Virus record (IMG/VR): IMGVR_UViG_3300023184_000086
Coordinates: 13,235-77,234 of that record
Length of the DNA stretch: 64,000 bases
From: a virus
Strand: one strand, 5' to 3'
Shown in pieces: positions 49,375 to 60,300 of the stretch. Numbering within the stretch: position 1 is the first letter of the stretch; each line of letters starts with the position of its first letter. The translations under genes and the position numbers were made by a program. Below the pieces are notes generated by a model, which did not search any database, was not told where the DNA came from, and was given only the letters and a program-made list of their open reading frames with translations.

Positions 49375-52300
49375 TTATCCTCCGATTGCCAAAATATAAG
49401 GTGTCATAACCGCAAATAAACTTTTTGTAAATGTTCTTCCAGAAATTGTTCCTATACTGTTATTTATAACCAAGTCATTTCCAATTCTAAAATCTCCCTG
49501 TTGGTCTGTACCTGTAAAATAAACTTTCCCGCCATTAATAGACACTGCTTGATGATCATTTAATGGTTCTCCTCCCAAGTAAGGCAATGCAGAGTTGATA
49601 TTTGTACCTGCTCCGATCCATTCAAAATTATGTGCAGAACTTTGTATTTGACTATATTGATGGAAAGTTACAACTGTATTATCATTGATGGAAGATAGAA
49701 CCGATGATTGTAATACAATAGTACTTGAATAATCGTTTTCTACTATATTAGAAACTATATCTACCAATGATTGTGCTCTTGCAGATTCAGCCGGGGTAGC
49801 AGCAGGATAAGATATAACTTGAGATAATCCACTTACTAAAGGTGATACAATTGTATTAACTACTACCTCGTCAATGATATCTTTAATGTATTCATATGCA
49901 GCAATAGTGGCTAATTTTTCGTTATTTGAAATCTGTAATACAGTTCCGTTATAATATGCATCAGCAGTCTTAGCAGTTTGACTATTGCCACCATACAATA
50001 AATCGTAACTCACAGCATCTATAATATATCCCACATCTCGCTTACATGTTGCTGTACTATAAACTAGTCCAACATAACTTGTATTAACATATGCAATAGT
50101 TTCTGCTTGTATAAATGCTCTATTGGCTAATAATAAATTAAATGCGTTTAGTACATTTGTAGTAGTATTTGGTGTAAGAGAAATAGGTATTCTAGATGGA
50201 GCAACACTTGGACCATACTTAATAATATTTGTGATCGTAGATATTTTACTATTAATTAATCCAACTTCTACATTAGTAGCAGTATTGATACTTACTGTTT
50301 GTGTAACAGTAGATTGATAGGTGCCTGTTATTAAATTACCTTTAATAATATTTGCAGAAATATCTCTAATAAAGTTGTAAGCAGCGGTAGTTTGTGGGAT
50401 TTCGTTAGCGATTACTGTAGAAGTACTGTCAAAACCATAATAATAAACGCCGCTCATTATACTTTGTCTATTACCACCATGCAAAAGATCAAATGCCACA
50501 CTATCAACAATATATCCTACATCTCTATAACAAGTTGATGTATTGTAAGTAAAATCTGGATAATTACTATCAATCCAAGAAACTGTATTACCTTGGATTG
50601 TAGATTTGTTGGCAATAATATCATTATAAGCAGCAACAATATATGTATCTGTACTAATAGCACCATTAGGAACAATTAAATCACTAACACCAGCAGTACC
50701 TGAATTTAGAATAGTTAATAGTGTATTAAAATTATCAGTAACTGAAGTAGTAGCAGGTACTCCGCCGGCCAATGTAGCAATTGAAACTGTTAGATCTCTT
50801 GCGTAAGCAATAGCATTGCTAGTAGTAGTCAGTTGTCCAGCAATTTGTGTTGGAGTACTTGTTTTATTCCAGTATTGCAATCCTGCAAATGCACTTTGAC
50901 TAGTTCCTCCGTAGAGTAAGTCAAATGCTATACTATCAACAATTAATCCAGTATCTCTATAACATTTAGCAGCATTGTAGGTAAAATTACTAGTATATTC
51001 TACGGTTCCTTCTGCTATGAAATCTTTATTTGCCTGTAGTATTGTTACCGCATTAACTGTAGAAGTACTGGCACCAGTAGGAGGATTATATGTTAAAGCA
51101 GGTACTACAACTAAACCATTTTCTATAATATCTAATATTATATCAAACAAATTAGAAATACGTGTATATGCGTCGGTAGCAGGTGTTAATAGTTCTAATA
51201 CTTTAATTTTTAAAAAATTAATTGCATTTATGGTTTGAGTTGATTCTGAGCCAGCACCATAATAAGATACTACTCTATAATAACTTGATCCTGCGCTTAC
51301 ACTTTGATAATTAGTATTCAATACCATATCATAGCATACAGCATCTATAATATATCCAACATCCCTACTACATTTGAATTGATTAAAGTCAAACCCTGGA
51401 AATGTTTCTAATATATGATTAGTGGTTAAAATTTGTAATTTTGCTTTTTCATTTAAAATAATTTGTCTGGCATTTCTTAATCCAGCATCTTCTAGTGTTA
51501 GTGTAGGATATATAACATCGGTTGATCCTGTTTTAAATGCAGTACTTGAAGCAACAGTATAATAATTTCCATCTCCAAAACTTACAGCATCCCCAATTGC
51601 TGGTTTAGTGCCACCTAAGTTATCGATAACAAATGTTCTTCCACTGGTTGCACCGTTAACTCTACCGCTATATTTAGGTGCACCTACACCATCGGCATAT
51701 AATGCATAATTACCAAAACTGCTATTACTATTTGTAATTGAACAAAATCCACCCGATTCACATAGGAATCCTATATCGCAACATATAGTAAACACTGATA
51801 CTAACGAAGTATATCCGTTGTTTAACATGTGTATACCAATACCGCCTTGATTATACTGCGTAAATGCATCAACCATCATGCTCTTTGTACCCAGAGCCAA
51901 ATTGCCATCTACACGCATACCAGTACCATCTGAGGTCATACTTGTACAATTTTGTATGTATGGACTAGTTGAAATAACACCTGCACTTCCATCAGCAGGA
52001 AATGCTATTGCTGCTGCGGGTGCTTCATGACCATGAAATGTCATATGTGCAATATATGAACCATTGTTGACATAGAATATATCATTAGTTGATGTTGTAG
52101 ATCTAACGTTAACTGATCTTAAATTATCACCTATAATAGAGACAAAATCAGGAACGGTAATGGGGGTATCTTCTACGTAATCTCCGCTTTTAACAAAGAT
52201 AGTAGTGCCTCTAGTTGCACTGGCAACGGCTGATTTAATAGTAAGTTTGCTGATATTTAAACTAGTACCGTCATTTAAATCACTGCCAGATTTACTAACG

Positions 52301-52521
52301 TATAAAACGTTAGAAACAGCCATAATAAAACTAGCGGTACTACGAGATCCTGTATAACCACGTATACCGCCGTAGTCTAAATCATCCCAGTAATCATTAC
52401 CGTTTCCAATTTTAAATAAATTGGTATCGGTTTCAATACCCATTTCGCCTTCGGCAAGTTTAGGGTTTACGGAATGCCATTCGAATGCTGTACCCCGTCT
52501 AAATTGGATTTGTATTGCCAT
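49375..52521 (-). CDS. Virion structural protein: Mtd_N-like N-terminus, beta-helix and C.RD.G helical repeats
   Basis: IQFRRGTA.EW..NP.LAEGE.G.ETDT..FKIG.G; YVSKSGSD.NDG; IIGDNLRS; four (K/T)C.RD.G.I.D...D repeats. Confidence 0.8.
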   Translation of the reverse strand: MAIQIQFRRGTAFEWHSVNPKLAEGEMGIETDTNLFKIGNGNDYWDDLDYGGIRGYTGSRSTASFIMAVSNVLYVSKSGSDLNDGTSLNISKLTIKSAVASATRGTTIFVKSGDYVEDTPITVPDFVSIIGDNLRSVNVRSTTSTNDIFYVNNGSYIAHMTFHGHEAPAAAIAFPADGSAGVISTSPYIQNCTSMTSDGTGMRVDGNLALGTKSMMVDAFTQYNQGGIGIHMLNNGYTSLVSVFTICCDIGFLCESGGFCSITNSNSSFGNYALYADGVGAPKYSGRVNGATSGRTFVIDNLGGTKPAIGDAVSFGDGNYYTVASSTAFKTGSTDVIYPTLTLEDAGLRNARQIILNEKAKLQILTTNHILETFPGFDFNQFKCSRDVGYIIDAVCYDMVLNTNYQSVSAGSSYYRVVSYYGAGSESTQTINAINFLKIKVLELLTPATDAYTRISNLFDIILDIIENGLVVVPALTYNPPTGASTSTVNAVTILQANKDFIAEGTVEYTSNFTYNAAKCYRDTGLIVDSIAFDLLYGGTSQSAFAGLQYWNKTSTPTQIAGQLTTTSNAIAYARDLTVSIATLAGGVPATTSVTDNFNTLLTILNSGTAGVSDLIVPNGAISTDTYIVAAYNDIIANKSTIQGNTVSWIDSNYPDFTYNTSTCYRDVGYIVDSVAFDLLHGGNRQSIMSGVYYYGFDSTSTVIANEIPQTTAAYNFIRDISANIIKGNLITGTYQSTVTQTVSINTATNVEVGLINSKISTITNIIKYGPSVAPSRIPISLTPNTTTNVLNAFNLLLANRAFIQAETIAYVNTSYVGLVYSTATCKRDVGYIIDAVSYDLLYGGNSQTAKTADAYYNGTVLQISNNEKLATIAAYEYIKDIIDEVVVNTIVSPLVSGLSQVISYPAATPAESARAQSLVDIVSNIVENDYSSTIVLQSSVLSSINDNTVVTFHQYSQIQSSAHNFEWIGAGTNINSALPYLGGEPLNDHQAVSINGGKVYFTGTDQQGDFRIGNDLVINNSIGTISGRTFTKSLFAVMTPYILAIGG

Positions 52522-52550
52522 TTTTGCCTTTTATAACTGCTCAGAGATAT

Positions 52551-55500
52551 TTATCCAGAAACACCCCCTGCGTTAATGCTGGTAATTCCACCGTAATTAG
52601 AGTCTGGGCGACCACCGTCAAAATTACCAATATAACCTCCCATGGCAGCAGCGGTTACTGTTAAGGTATTTCCTATTAATATCGCATTAGTACCTGTTGA
52701 AAAATTAATTGTAGATACTGTTGAAGTGGTAGACATACCCATTATTTCAACACGTATTGCTCCTTCTCCGGCACTACCAGTAAATCCAATAGCATCATAC
52801 GCACCTCGGCTACCGGTATAACCTGGTATACCTTGTGTACCGGTTGAGCCAACAAATCCTCTTGACCCTTGTGTACCTGTACTACCTGTAAAACCTCGTA
52901 TACCTTGAGTACCAGTTGAACCTGTATATCCAGTAATACCCTGTACACCTTGCGTACCTGTTGAACCAGTATAACCTATTGGACCCTGCGTACCTGTATT
53001 ACCTATAGGGCCTTGCGGACCCATATTTCCTTGTAAACCTTCTGCTCCCGCCGGCCCAACAATAGGACCAATATCTTCCCATGTAACTGTAAGTGTATTC
53101 CAGAAATATACATGTCCAGTATTAGTACCAATCCAGCCTTGCCCCGGTTGCCCAACGCCTACTGTAGATACGTCAACAGTATCAGTACTACCTATTAATA
53201 CAAGACTTACTCCCTGCTCACCTGTGTAACCTCGTGGACCTTGGTTACCTGTAGTACCTTGTAATCCTTGCTCCCCATTATAACCTCGGCTACCAGTAAA
53301 ACCAATCTCACCTTGTGTACCTGTAGAGCCTGTAAATCCAATTTCAGTACTAGCACTACCAGTGTAACCGACATCACCTTGTGTACCTGTTGAACCAGTA
53401 TATCCTGTTGCAGTACTAGCACTACCTGTAAAACCGACTTCACCTTGTGTACCTGTTGAACCAGTATAGCCAGTTGATCCAGCATAACCTGATGCAGTAC
53501 TGGCACTACCTGTAAAACCGGTAACACCTTGCGTACCTGTTGAACCAGTATATCCTGATGCAGTACTGGCACTACCTGTAAAACCGGTAACACCTTGCGT
53601 ACCTGTTGAACCAGTATATCCTGTTGCGGTACTGCGACTACCGGTATAACCAGTAGTACCTTGTGTACCTGTTGAACCAGTATACCCTCTACTACCAGTA
53701 TATCCTTTACCACTTGATGGTATTGTATATATTACAGATAATGAAAAGTCTGCACTCTTACTTTGCGGAACGTGATCAGTTACAGTAACAGTATATACTT
53801 GTACTGTGGCAGTTGTAGTAGGAGTACCTGTTATACTGCCATCTGTGTTAAATATTAATCCTGCTGGCAGCGTCGTTGGGCTTATAGCATAACTGTAAGG
53901 AGCAACTCCACCTGTGACTGTTACAGGATTAAGAACAGCAGGAAGATTAATTTCTAATGTTGTTAGACTTTCTGCTGCTACAACTACCAATGGATCTGCA
54001 ACGACGTCATTGATTTTTAATGAAAACGCACCAACATTAGTTTGTCCCAATGAATCAGTAGCCAATACTGAATATAACGTAGTTGTAGTAGTTGCTGACG
54101 GAGTTCCTGATATTTCACCAGTAGTATTATTAAATGATAAACCCGATGGTAATACATCATTTAGTTGATATGTTATTTGTCCAAAACCACCACTTGCACT
54201 AACAGGTGTAACTGGTAGTCCTTGAGAACTATATTTGGTAAAAATTAATGTACCATTATTAACAGTAATTGATACCGGCAATGGATTAACAGTAATATAA
54301 ACACCAGTACTACTAGATTGCAATAGTGAATCAGTTGCTGTTACAGTATATAATACTGCTGTACTAGTTGTAACCGGTGTACCATTAATTGTACCATTAT
54401 TACTGTCAAATGTTAATCCTGTAGTAAGTGTAGGTCCAATAATATAAGAAATTGTGCCATCGCCGCCAGTAGCAGTTACAGGATGTACGCCCAATACGCT
54501 CTGTCCAACAGTAAATGCTAATGATGATGTAGTTGCTATGGTTATTATTGGAGGTGGATCATTTACAACTATGTTTGTAGTTTTAGTGCTGGTATTTGAA
54601 TCACTATCTTTGGCTGTTATTGTGTAGGTAGTAAGTGTACTAGTAGACGCCGGTGTTCCGGATATTCTACCAGTGAATGTATCAAAAGATAAACCAGCCG
54701 GTAATGTAGGGTCTATATTAAAAGTAGTACCGCCACTACCACCTGTAGATGTAACAGGGATAAATGGTGTAATAGCCTTACTTCTTGTTAATGTAGATGT
54801 AGATACAACTTGAGTAGTTGATATTGGTACATAGGTAATTGTTAAGAAATAATTAGTGCTACTAGTTTGTCCTATACTATCAGTAGCAGAAATTACATAT
54901 GGTCTATTGCTTAACTGTGTGGGTATTCCAGATAACACACCATTTGAGCGGAATGTTAGACCAATATCTGATACACCAGGATTGATGCTAAAATTTATCG
55001 AACCATATCCACCACTAGCACTAACAGGTGCTAGATTGATATTATCAACTAATTTATAGTATGTACTACTACTAATTACAGAAGTAGTTACTATTGGAGG
55101 AGGGTCTACAACATTTAAATTAAATGTGCTAGTACCACTAACGTTTAATGTATCAGTTATGGTAACACTATATGTAGCAGTTGTGCTGGTAACAGTAGGT
55201 GTTCCGGATATTTGCCCTGTTGACGTGCTAAAAATTACTCCGCTAGGTAAACTAGTATCTATAGCATATGTATAAGTTTCAGATCCACCGGTAGCACTTA
55301 CGGGTTTATATGGTGTAGAAAGAACACTACGTATTAGTGTTTTAGATAATGTATCAGTTTTAACTACTAATGGGCGTGTATTAACAGTTAGTAAAAATGT
55401 TGCTGTGCTTATTTGTAATGCTTGGTCATTAACAGTAACTGAAAATGTAGTTGCTGTTGCTAAAAATTTTGTAGGTGTTCCGGATATTTCACCTGTACTA

Positions 55501-57359
55501 GCAGAAAAATTAAGTCCCGCAGGCAAAGTGGCCGCTGGGGAAAGCGTATACGTTAATATACCATATCCACCAGACGCTGTTACAGGAATAAATGGCGTAA
55601 CAACATCATACTGAACAAGTGTTTTACTGGGTATTGATACTATAACTATTACAGGTGGTGCTTCTACCCTTAATGTAAATATTTTACTACTTTCTTGTAG
55701 TGCTTGGTCGGTAATTTTTATAGTATACGGAGTATCACTTATTACATTAATCGGTGTTCCAGAAATATATCCAGTACTGGTATTGAATGCAAAACCTGTT
55801 TGAGCAACAATGTCCGGTGTTACAGAGAATGTATAAGCACCATCTCCGCCGCTAGCACTTACTGGTCTAAAAGCAGAATATGAAACATTTTTTACTGTTA
55901 CTTTATTTGAAATATCTAATCTAGTACTCAATGCTCCGGGCAATACTTCAATGGTAAAAGATTTACTAGAAGTTTGACTTGCTTGATCCGAAACAGTTAC
56001 AGTAAAACTAGTAGAAGATAGCAATGCATTTGGATTACCTGTTATTTGCCCAGTAGCAGTATTAAAACTCAATCCAATTGACGATAAAGTTACTGTGCCA
56101 GTGATAGCATAACTTAATGTGTTATATCCTCCGCTGCCACTAACTGGTGTAAAAGAATATGACTGAGAATTCTTTGTTAATGAAATTGCAGATTGCGATA
56201 GTGTAGAATTTAATGTCGGTAAATCTGCCACTGTAATAGTGACAGATGTGCTAGAACTTGAAGGTAATGGCGTATTTGAATCCGTTACTACTATTGAATA
56301 ACTAGTTGCGGGTGTTGTTGCAGTTGCAGGGCCGGAAATATAACCAGTACTAGTATTGATACTCATACCAGTTGGCAATGCTACCGCAGAATATCTTAAT
56401 GTACCAATGCCTCCACTACCATTTACAGGTTTAAATGCTGTAAAGGAAACATTCCTTGTAATTGATGGTACATTAGCAGGAACAGCAGTAGCAATCACTG
56501 TTGGTGCTAATATTATCAAATTAAATGTGCCTGGGCTAGTTACCCCACCGTTGTCTCTAACGGTTACCGTATAATCTGCTGCTGCATTATAAACTGACGG
56601 TGTTCCAGAGATAACGCCAGTTGATGATGTAATAGATAGCCCAGCAGGTAACGTTGGAGAAATTGTATATGCAAGCGGTGCATCGCCCCCTACACCTCTT
56701 ACTGGTTTAAAACTATCCGCAGTACCTTGTGTTAAAGTTCTTGTAGCAATATCTACAACGTTTGATAACGGGGCGGCGCCTGGATTTATTAATAAACTAA
56801 AACTTGCAGAACCTTGTTGTCCGCCTGCATCAGTAAATGTAACAGTATATGCTGTATTTGCTAATCCTGCATTTGGAGCGGTACCGGTGATAGTAACATC
56901 TACAGAATTATATAATCTTACAACACTATCACTACCTGTAACTTGTTTTACTGACAGAGTAGTAGTTGCTATTAATCCTGTAGGTAATGGATTACCCGAT
57001 GAATCAACGATAATAACATTCAATCCAGTAACTGTACCTCCAGTAACAGTATATGATGACGCAATAGCAGATCCACCATATGCAGTAACTGGTTTAAAAT
57101 TAACACTTTGTCCACCGGTTACTATAGTAGATGGAATCAAAGTTGATGCAACGACTGGAGGACCACCTGAAACTGCGCTAGAAAGTCCTGCTACTACCGG
57201 TGTTGTTGTATATTTTGTCCAAGAATTCTTTTTAGTAACCGCATTGTAGGTTAACTGCACCGGCCCGCCGTTTTGACTCACCCATATATCACCTAATTGC
57301 CATTGAGACAGGGTAGAATTTGGTTGAGCACTAGGATACGGATTAAAGTATATTGTCAT
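52551..57359 (-). CDS. Fibre/adhesin with about 12 Ig-like (He_PIG) domains and a collagen-like C-terminal stalk
   Basis: Repeated PV...GG...Y.....LP.GL.F...TG.ISGTP units, then long G-X-T/G-S-T triplet runs. Confidence 0.85.
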   Translation of the reverse strand: MTIYFNPYPSAQPNSTLSQWQLGDIWVSQNGGPVQLTYNAVTKKNSWTKYTTTPVVAGLSSAVSGGPPVVASTLIPSTIVTGGQSVNFKPVTAYGGSAIASSYTVTGGTVTGLNVIIVDSSGNPLPTGLIATTTLSVKQVTGSDSVVRLYNSVDVTITGTAPNAGLANTAYTVTFTDAGGQQGSASFSLLINPGAAPLSNVVDIATRTLTQGTADSFKPVRGVGGDAPLAYTISPTLPAGLSITSSTGVISGTPSVYNAAADYTVTVRDNGGVTSPGTFNLIILAPTVIATAVPANVPSITRNVSFTAFKPVNGSGGIGTLRYSAVALPTGMSINTSTGYISGPATATTPATSYSIVVTDSNTPLPSSSSTSVTITVADLPTLNSTLSQSAISLTKNSQSYSFTPVSGSGGYNTLSYAITGTVTLSSIGLSFNTATGQITGNPNALLSSTSFTVTVSDQASQTSSKSFTIEVLPGALSTRLDISNKVTVKNVSYSAFRPVSASGGDGAYTFSVTPDIVAQTGFAFNTSTGYISGTPINVISDTPYTIKITDQALQESSKIFTLRVEAPPVIVIVSIPSKTLVQYDVVTPFIPVTASGGYGILTYTLSPAATLPAGLNFSASTGEISGTPTKFLATATTFSVTVNDQALQISTATFLLTVNTRPLVVKTDTLSKTLIRSVLSTPYKPVSATGGSETYTYAIDTSLPSGVIFSTSTGQISGTPTVTSTTATYSVTITDTLNVSGTSTFNLNVVDPPPIVTTSVISSSTYYKLVDNINLAPVSASGGYGSINFSINPGVSDIGLTFRSNGVLSGIPTQLSNRPYVISATDSIGQTSSTNYFLTITYVPISTTQVVSTSTLTRSKAITPFIPVTSTGGSGGTTFNIDPTLPAGLSFDTFTGRISGTPASTSTLTTYTITAKDSDSNTSTKTTNIVVNDPPPIITIATTSSLAFTVGQSVLGVHPVTATGGDGTISYIIGPTLTTGLTFDSNNGTINGTPVTTSTAVLYTVTATDSLLQSSSTGVYITVNPLPVSITVNNGTLIFTKYSSQGLPVTPVSASGGFGQITYQLNDVLPSGLSFNNTTGEISGTPSATTTTTLYSVLATDSLGQTNVGAFSLKINDVVADPLVVVAAESLTTLEINLPAVLNPVTVTGGVAPYSYAISPTTLPAGLIFNTDGSITGTPTTTATVQVYTVTVTDHVPQSKSADFSLSVIYTIPSSGKGYTGSRGYTGSTGTQGTTGYTGSRSTATGYTGSTGTQGVTGFTGSASTASGYTGSTGTQGVTGFTGSASTASGYAGSTGYTGSTGTQGEVGFTGSASTATGYTGSTGTQGDVGYTGSASTEIGFTGSTGTQGEIGFTGSRGYNGEQGLQGTTGNQGPRGYTGEQGVSLVLIGSTDTVDVSTVGVGQPGQGWIGTNTGHVYFWNTLTVTWEDIGPIVGPAGAEGLQGNMGPQGPIGNTGTQGPIGYTGSTGTQGVQGITGYTGSTGTQGIRGFTGSTGTQGSRGFVGSTGTQGIPGYTGSRGAYDAIGFTGSAGEGAIRVEIMGMSTTSTVSTINFSTGTNAILIGNTLTVTAAAMGGYIGNFDGGRPDSNYGGITSINAGGVSG

Positions 57360-57372
57360 AACTTAATATTTA

Positions 57373-60300
57373 TTAGGCCGAATAAACCGTTAAATCTTGC
57401 CAATCATAATATCCACCATAGTCAACTAATATCTTAATCTGTGAGTATGCAACACTCCAATAAAAATCGCCAGGTAGTAGTGTAGCAAAAAATGCATCAT
57501 AATCAGGAGCATCAATGAAGTCTTGGTCCACCACCATCCTAGGTGCTCTACCACTTTGAATACTACCATTGGCAAATGTAATAACACCTCCGGGACCTAT
57601 TGTTACATTTCCAAATATTACACTACTTGTAGTGTCTAAAAATTGATCTGCACCTGGACCTTGGCTACCAGTATATCCAACCTCGCCTTGTGTACCAGTT
57701 GACCCTGTATATCCAACCTCGCCTTGCGTACCAGTTGAACCTGTATAGCCAACCTCACCTTGTGTACCAGTTGAACCTGTATAGCCAACCTCACCTTGCG
57801 TACCAGTTGAACCTGTATAGCCAACCTCACCTTGCGTACCAGTGCTACCTGTATAACCTACGCTACCATTATAGCCTATAACTCCGTCAGTCCCCTTACT
57901 ACCTGTGTATCCGTATCCTATAGATATATTATTTCTATATATATCCCCGTTAACATACAAATCTCCACCAATACCGGCACCCCCAGCAACTACTAATGCA
58001 CCTGTTGTTGTACTAGTAGAAGAAGTTGTATTGTAAGTTGATATTATATCATCTGTAATCAAATATGTTGTAGTAACAGTTGTGTATTCAACAGTAAATT
58101 TCTGTGCAACTATTTCACCGCTAATATATAAATCACCGCCAATACCAACACCACCACTAACTACTAATGCTCCAGTAGTTGTTGATGTCGATGCTGTAGT
58201 ATTAGTAATTGATATGGTGTTGTTAGTGGTAGCACCTCTATCGGTTACACTTTGTAATGTACTAGTTGTCCATACAGTAACTGTACCGGTGCTGCTACTA
58301 ACTGTTGTGTCAGTACCTGCTGTTAATGTTTGTACGCCAAGATTGACTATAGTAAAACTTGTTTGTGTTCCAGTTGATATTAGATCAGTAACGCCTATAT
58401 AAGTACTACCACTAGCAATTACACTTGTTATTACTCTATTATCAGAATCATATATAGGGCCTGCATAAACAGATCCACCTATACCAACTCCGCCTGCTAC
58501 TATTAATGCACCGGTTGTAGTTGAAGTTGAACTAGTTAATCCATTTACAATAATGTTAGTTGCTGTAACGGTACCGGTAGTTACTAGTCCGGCAACATTA
58601 ACTGTACTTGATTTTATTATTAAAATACCATCTACAACTGATAATGAAACGCCATCGGTTCCTGTAGTACCTAATGTTAAAGAACTTGTTGCTAATTTTT
58701 CTAAATCACTGTTGGATTTTTGTATTAAAATCCCCCCGTCTAGAGCAGTAGAAATTAAAGTCCCACCAAGGTCTATAGTTTGGCCTTCGAGATATATTTT
58801 TCCAATTCTATTACTAGGAGATCCCAAATCTTTAGCATATAAAACACCACTTGCCCATACATCTCCGCCAATTCCAACCCCACCACTAACTACTAATGCT
58901 CCAGTTGTACTTGATGTTGAAATTGTAGTATTAACAATTGATATAGCATTGGTAGTTGTAGCACCTCTATTAGTAACACTTTGTAATGTACTAGTTGTCC
59001 AAATAGTAACTTCGCCGGTACTAGTGTTAATAGCAGTATCAGTTCCTACCGTTAGTGTTTGTAAACCACGATTGACTATCGTAAAACTTGTTTGTGTTCC
59101 TGTGGATATTACATTCTCAATGCCGATATACGTTGATCCACTTGGAAGTACTGCTGTTACTACTCTATTACCATTGTCATATATAGATGGTGCAGTTATG
59201 TTACCAGTAACATCTAAGTTACTATCTATGTAGATATTGGTTAATGTACTATCTACGGTGCTAATAGTAGTACCATCTATAGTTAAATCGCCCAGATATG
59301 TACTAGTTGGCGGTACAATACTTGGACTTAGATCAACCCAGTTATTATCATATTTGATATAGGCACGACCATCTTCCGAATTAAACCATACTTGTCCGTT
59401 TACTCGAGTAGGTGCTGTGCTGGTAGTTGCTATATGTATTACAGAGCCATTAATATCTCTAATATCACCGCCAACATATAGATCGCCGTTAATACCAACT
59501 CCACCTGCAACTGTTAACGCACTGGTAGTAGTATTAGTAATATTAATAGCATTACTAGTTGTTGATCCACGGTTAGTAATACTTTGTAGTGTGCTGGTAT
59601 TGTTTATTATTACAACACCAGTGGCAGTTGAGATCGATGTATCTACCCCTGCTATTATTTCTAATACACCTGTATTAGTAACTGTTACCGTTCCGCTGTT
59701 GTTACGCAATACAGCAATACCAATACCACTACTGATATTAGTAAGAGTGCTAACCAAATAGTTATTTGTATAAATTGGTCCAGTAACATCTAATATACTG
59801 TCTATGTAGATATTTGTTAATGTACTGTCTATGGTACTAATTGTAGTACCATCTATAGTTAAGTCACCTAAGTATGTACTAATTGGTGGTACTATGGTCG
59901 GACTTAAATCAACCCAAGTACCATCATATTTGATATACGCACGGCCATCGTCTGAGTTAAACCATAGTTGCCCATTAACTCTAGTAGGTGCTGTACTAGT
60001 AGTTGCAATATGGATTACAGATCCATTGATATCTCTGATATCTTTATTGATGAATATATCACCACCGATATTAACATCTCCACCAATACCAACACCACCG
60101 GCAACTACTAATGCGCCTGTAGTCGTAGAAGTTGAATTTGTTGTATTAGATGTTTTGATTATATCATCAGTTTCAACTATTGTAGTTGTTACTGTTGTAT
60201 ATTGAATATCTAATTCTCTAGCAACAATTTTGCCGCCAACATATAAGTCACCACCGACACCAACTCCACCACTAACAATCAATCCACCTGTAGTAGTTGA

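Noticed and set aside
28028-52521. Diversity-generating retroelement (Mtd_N-like domain plus an 83-bp repeat pair)
   Set aside because: No reverse transcriptase in the window; the repeat copies are identical and internal, with no adenine-specific mismatches; Mtd_N is a generic attachment domain.
7402-57850. CRISPR array
   Set aside because: All repeats are in-frame coding repeats without unique spacers; no cas genes.
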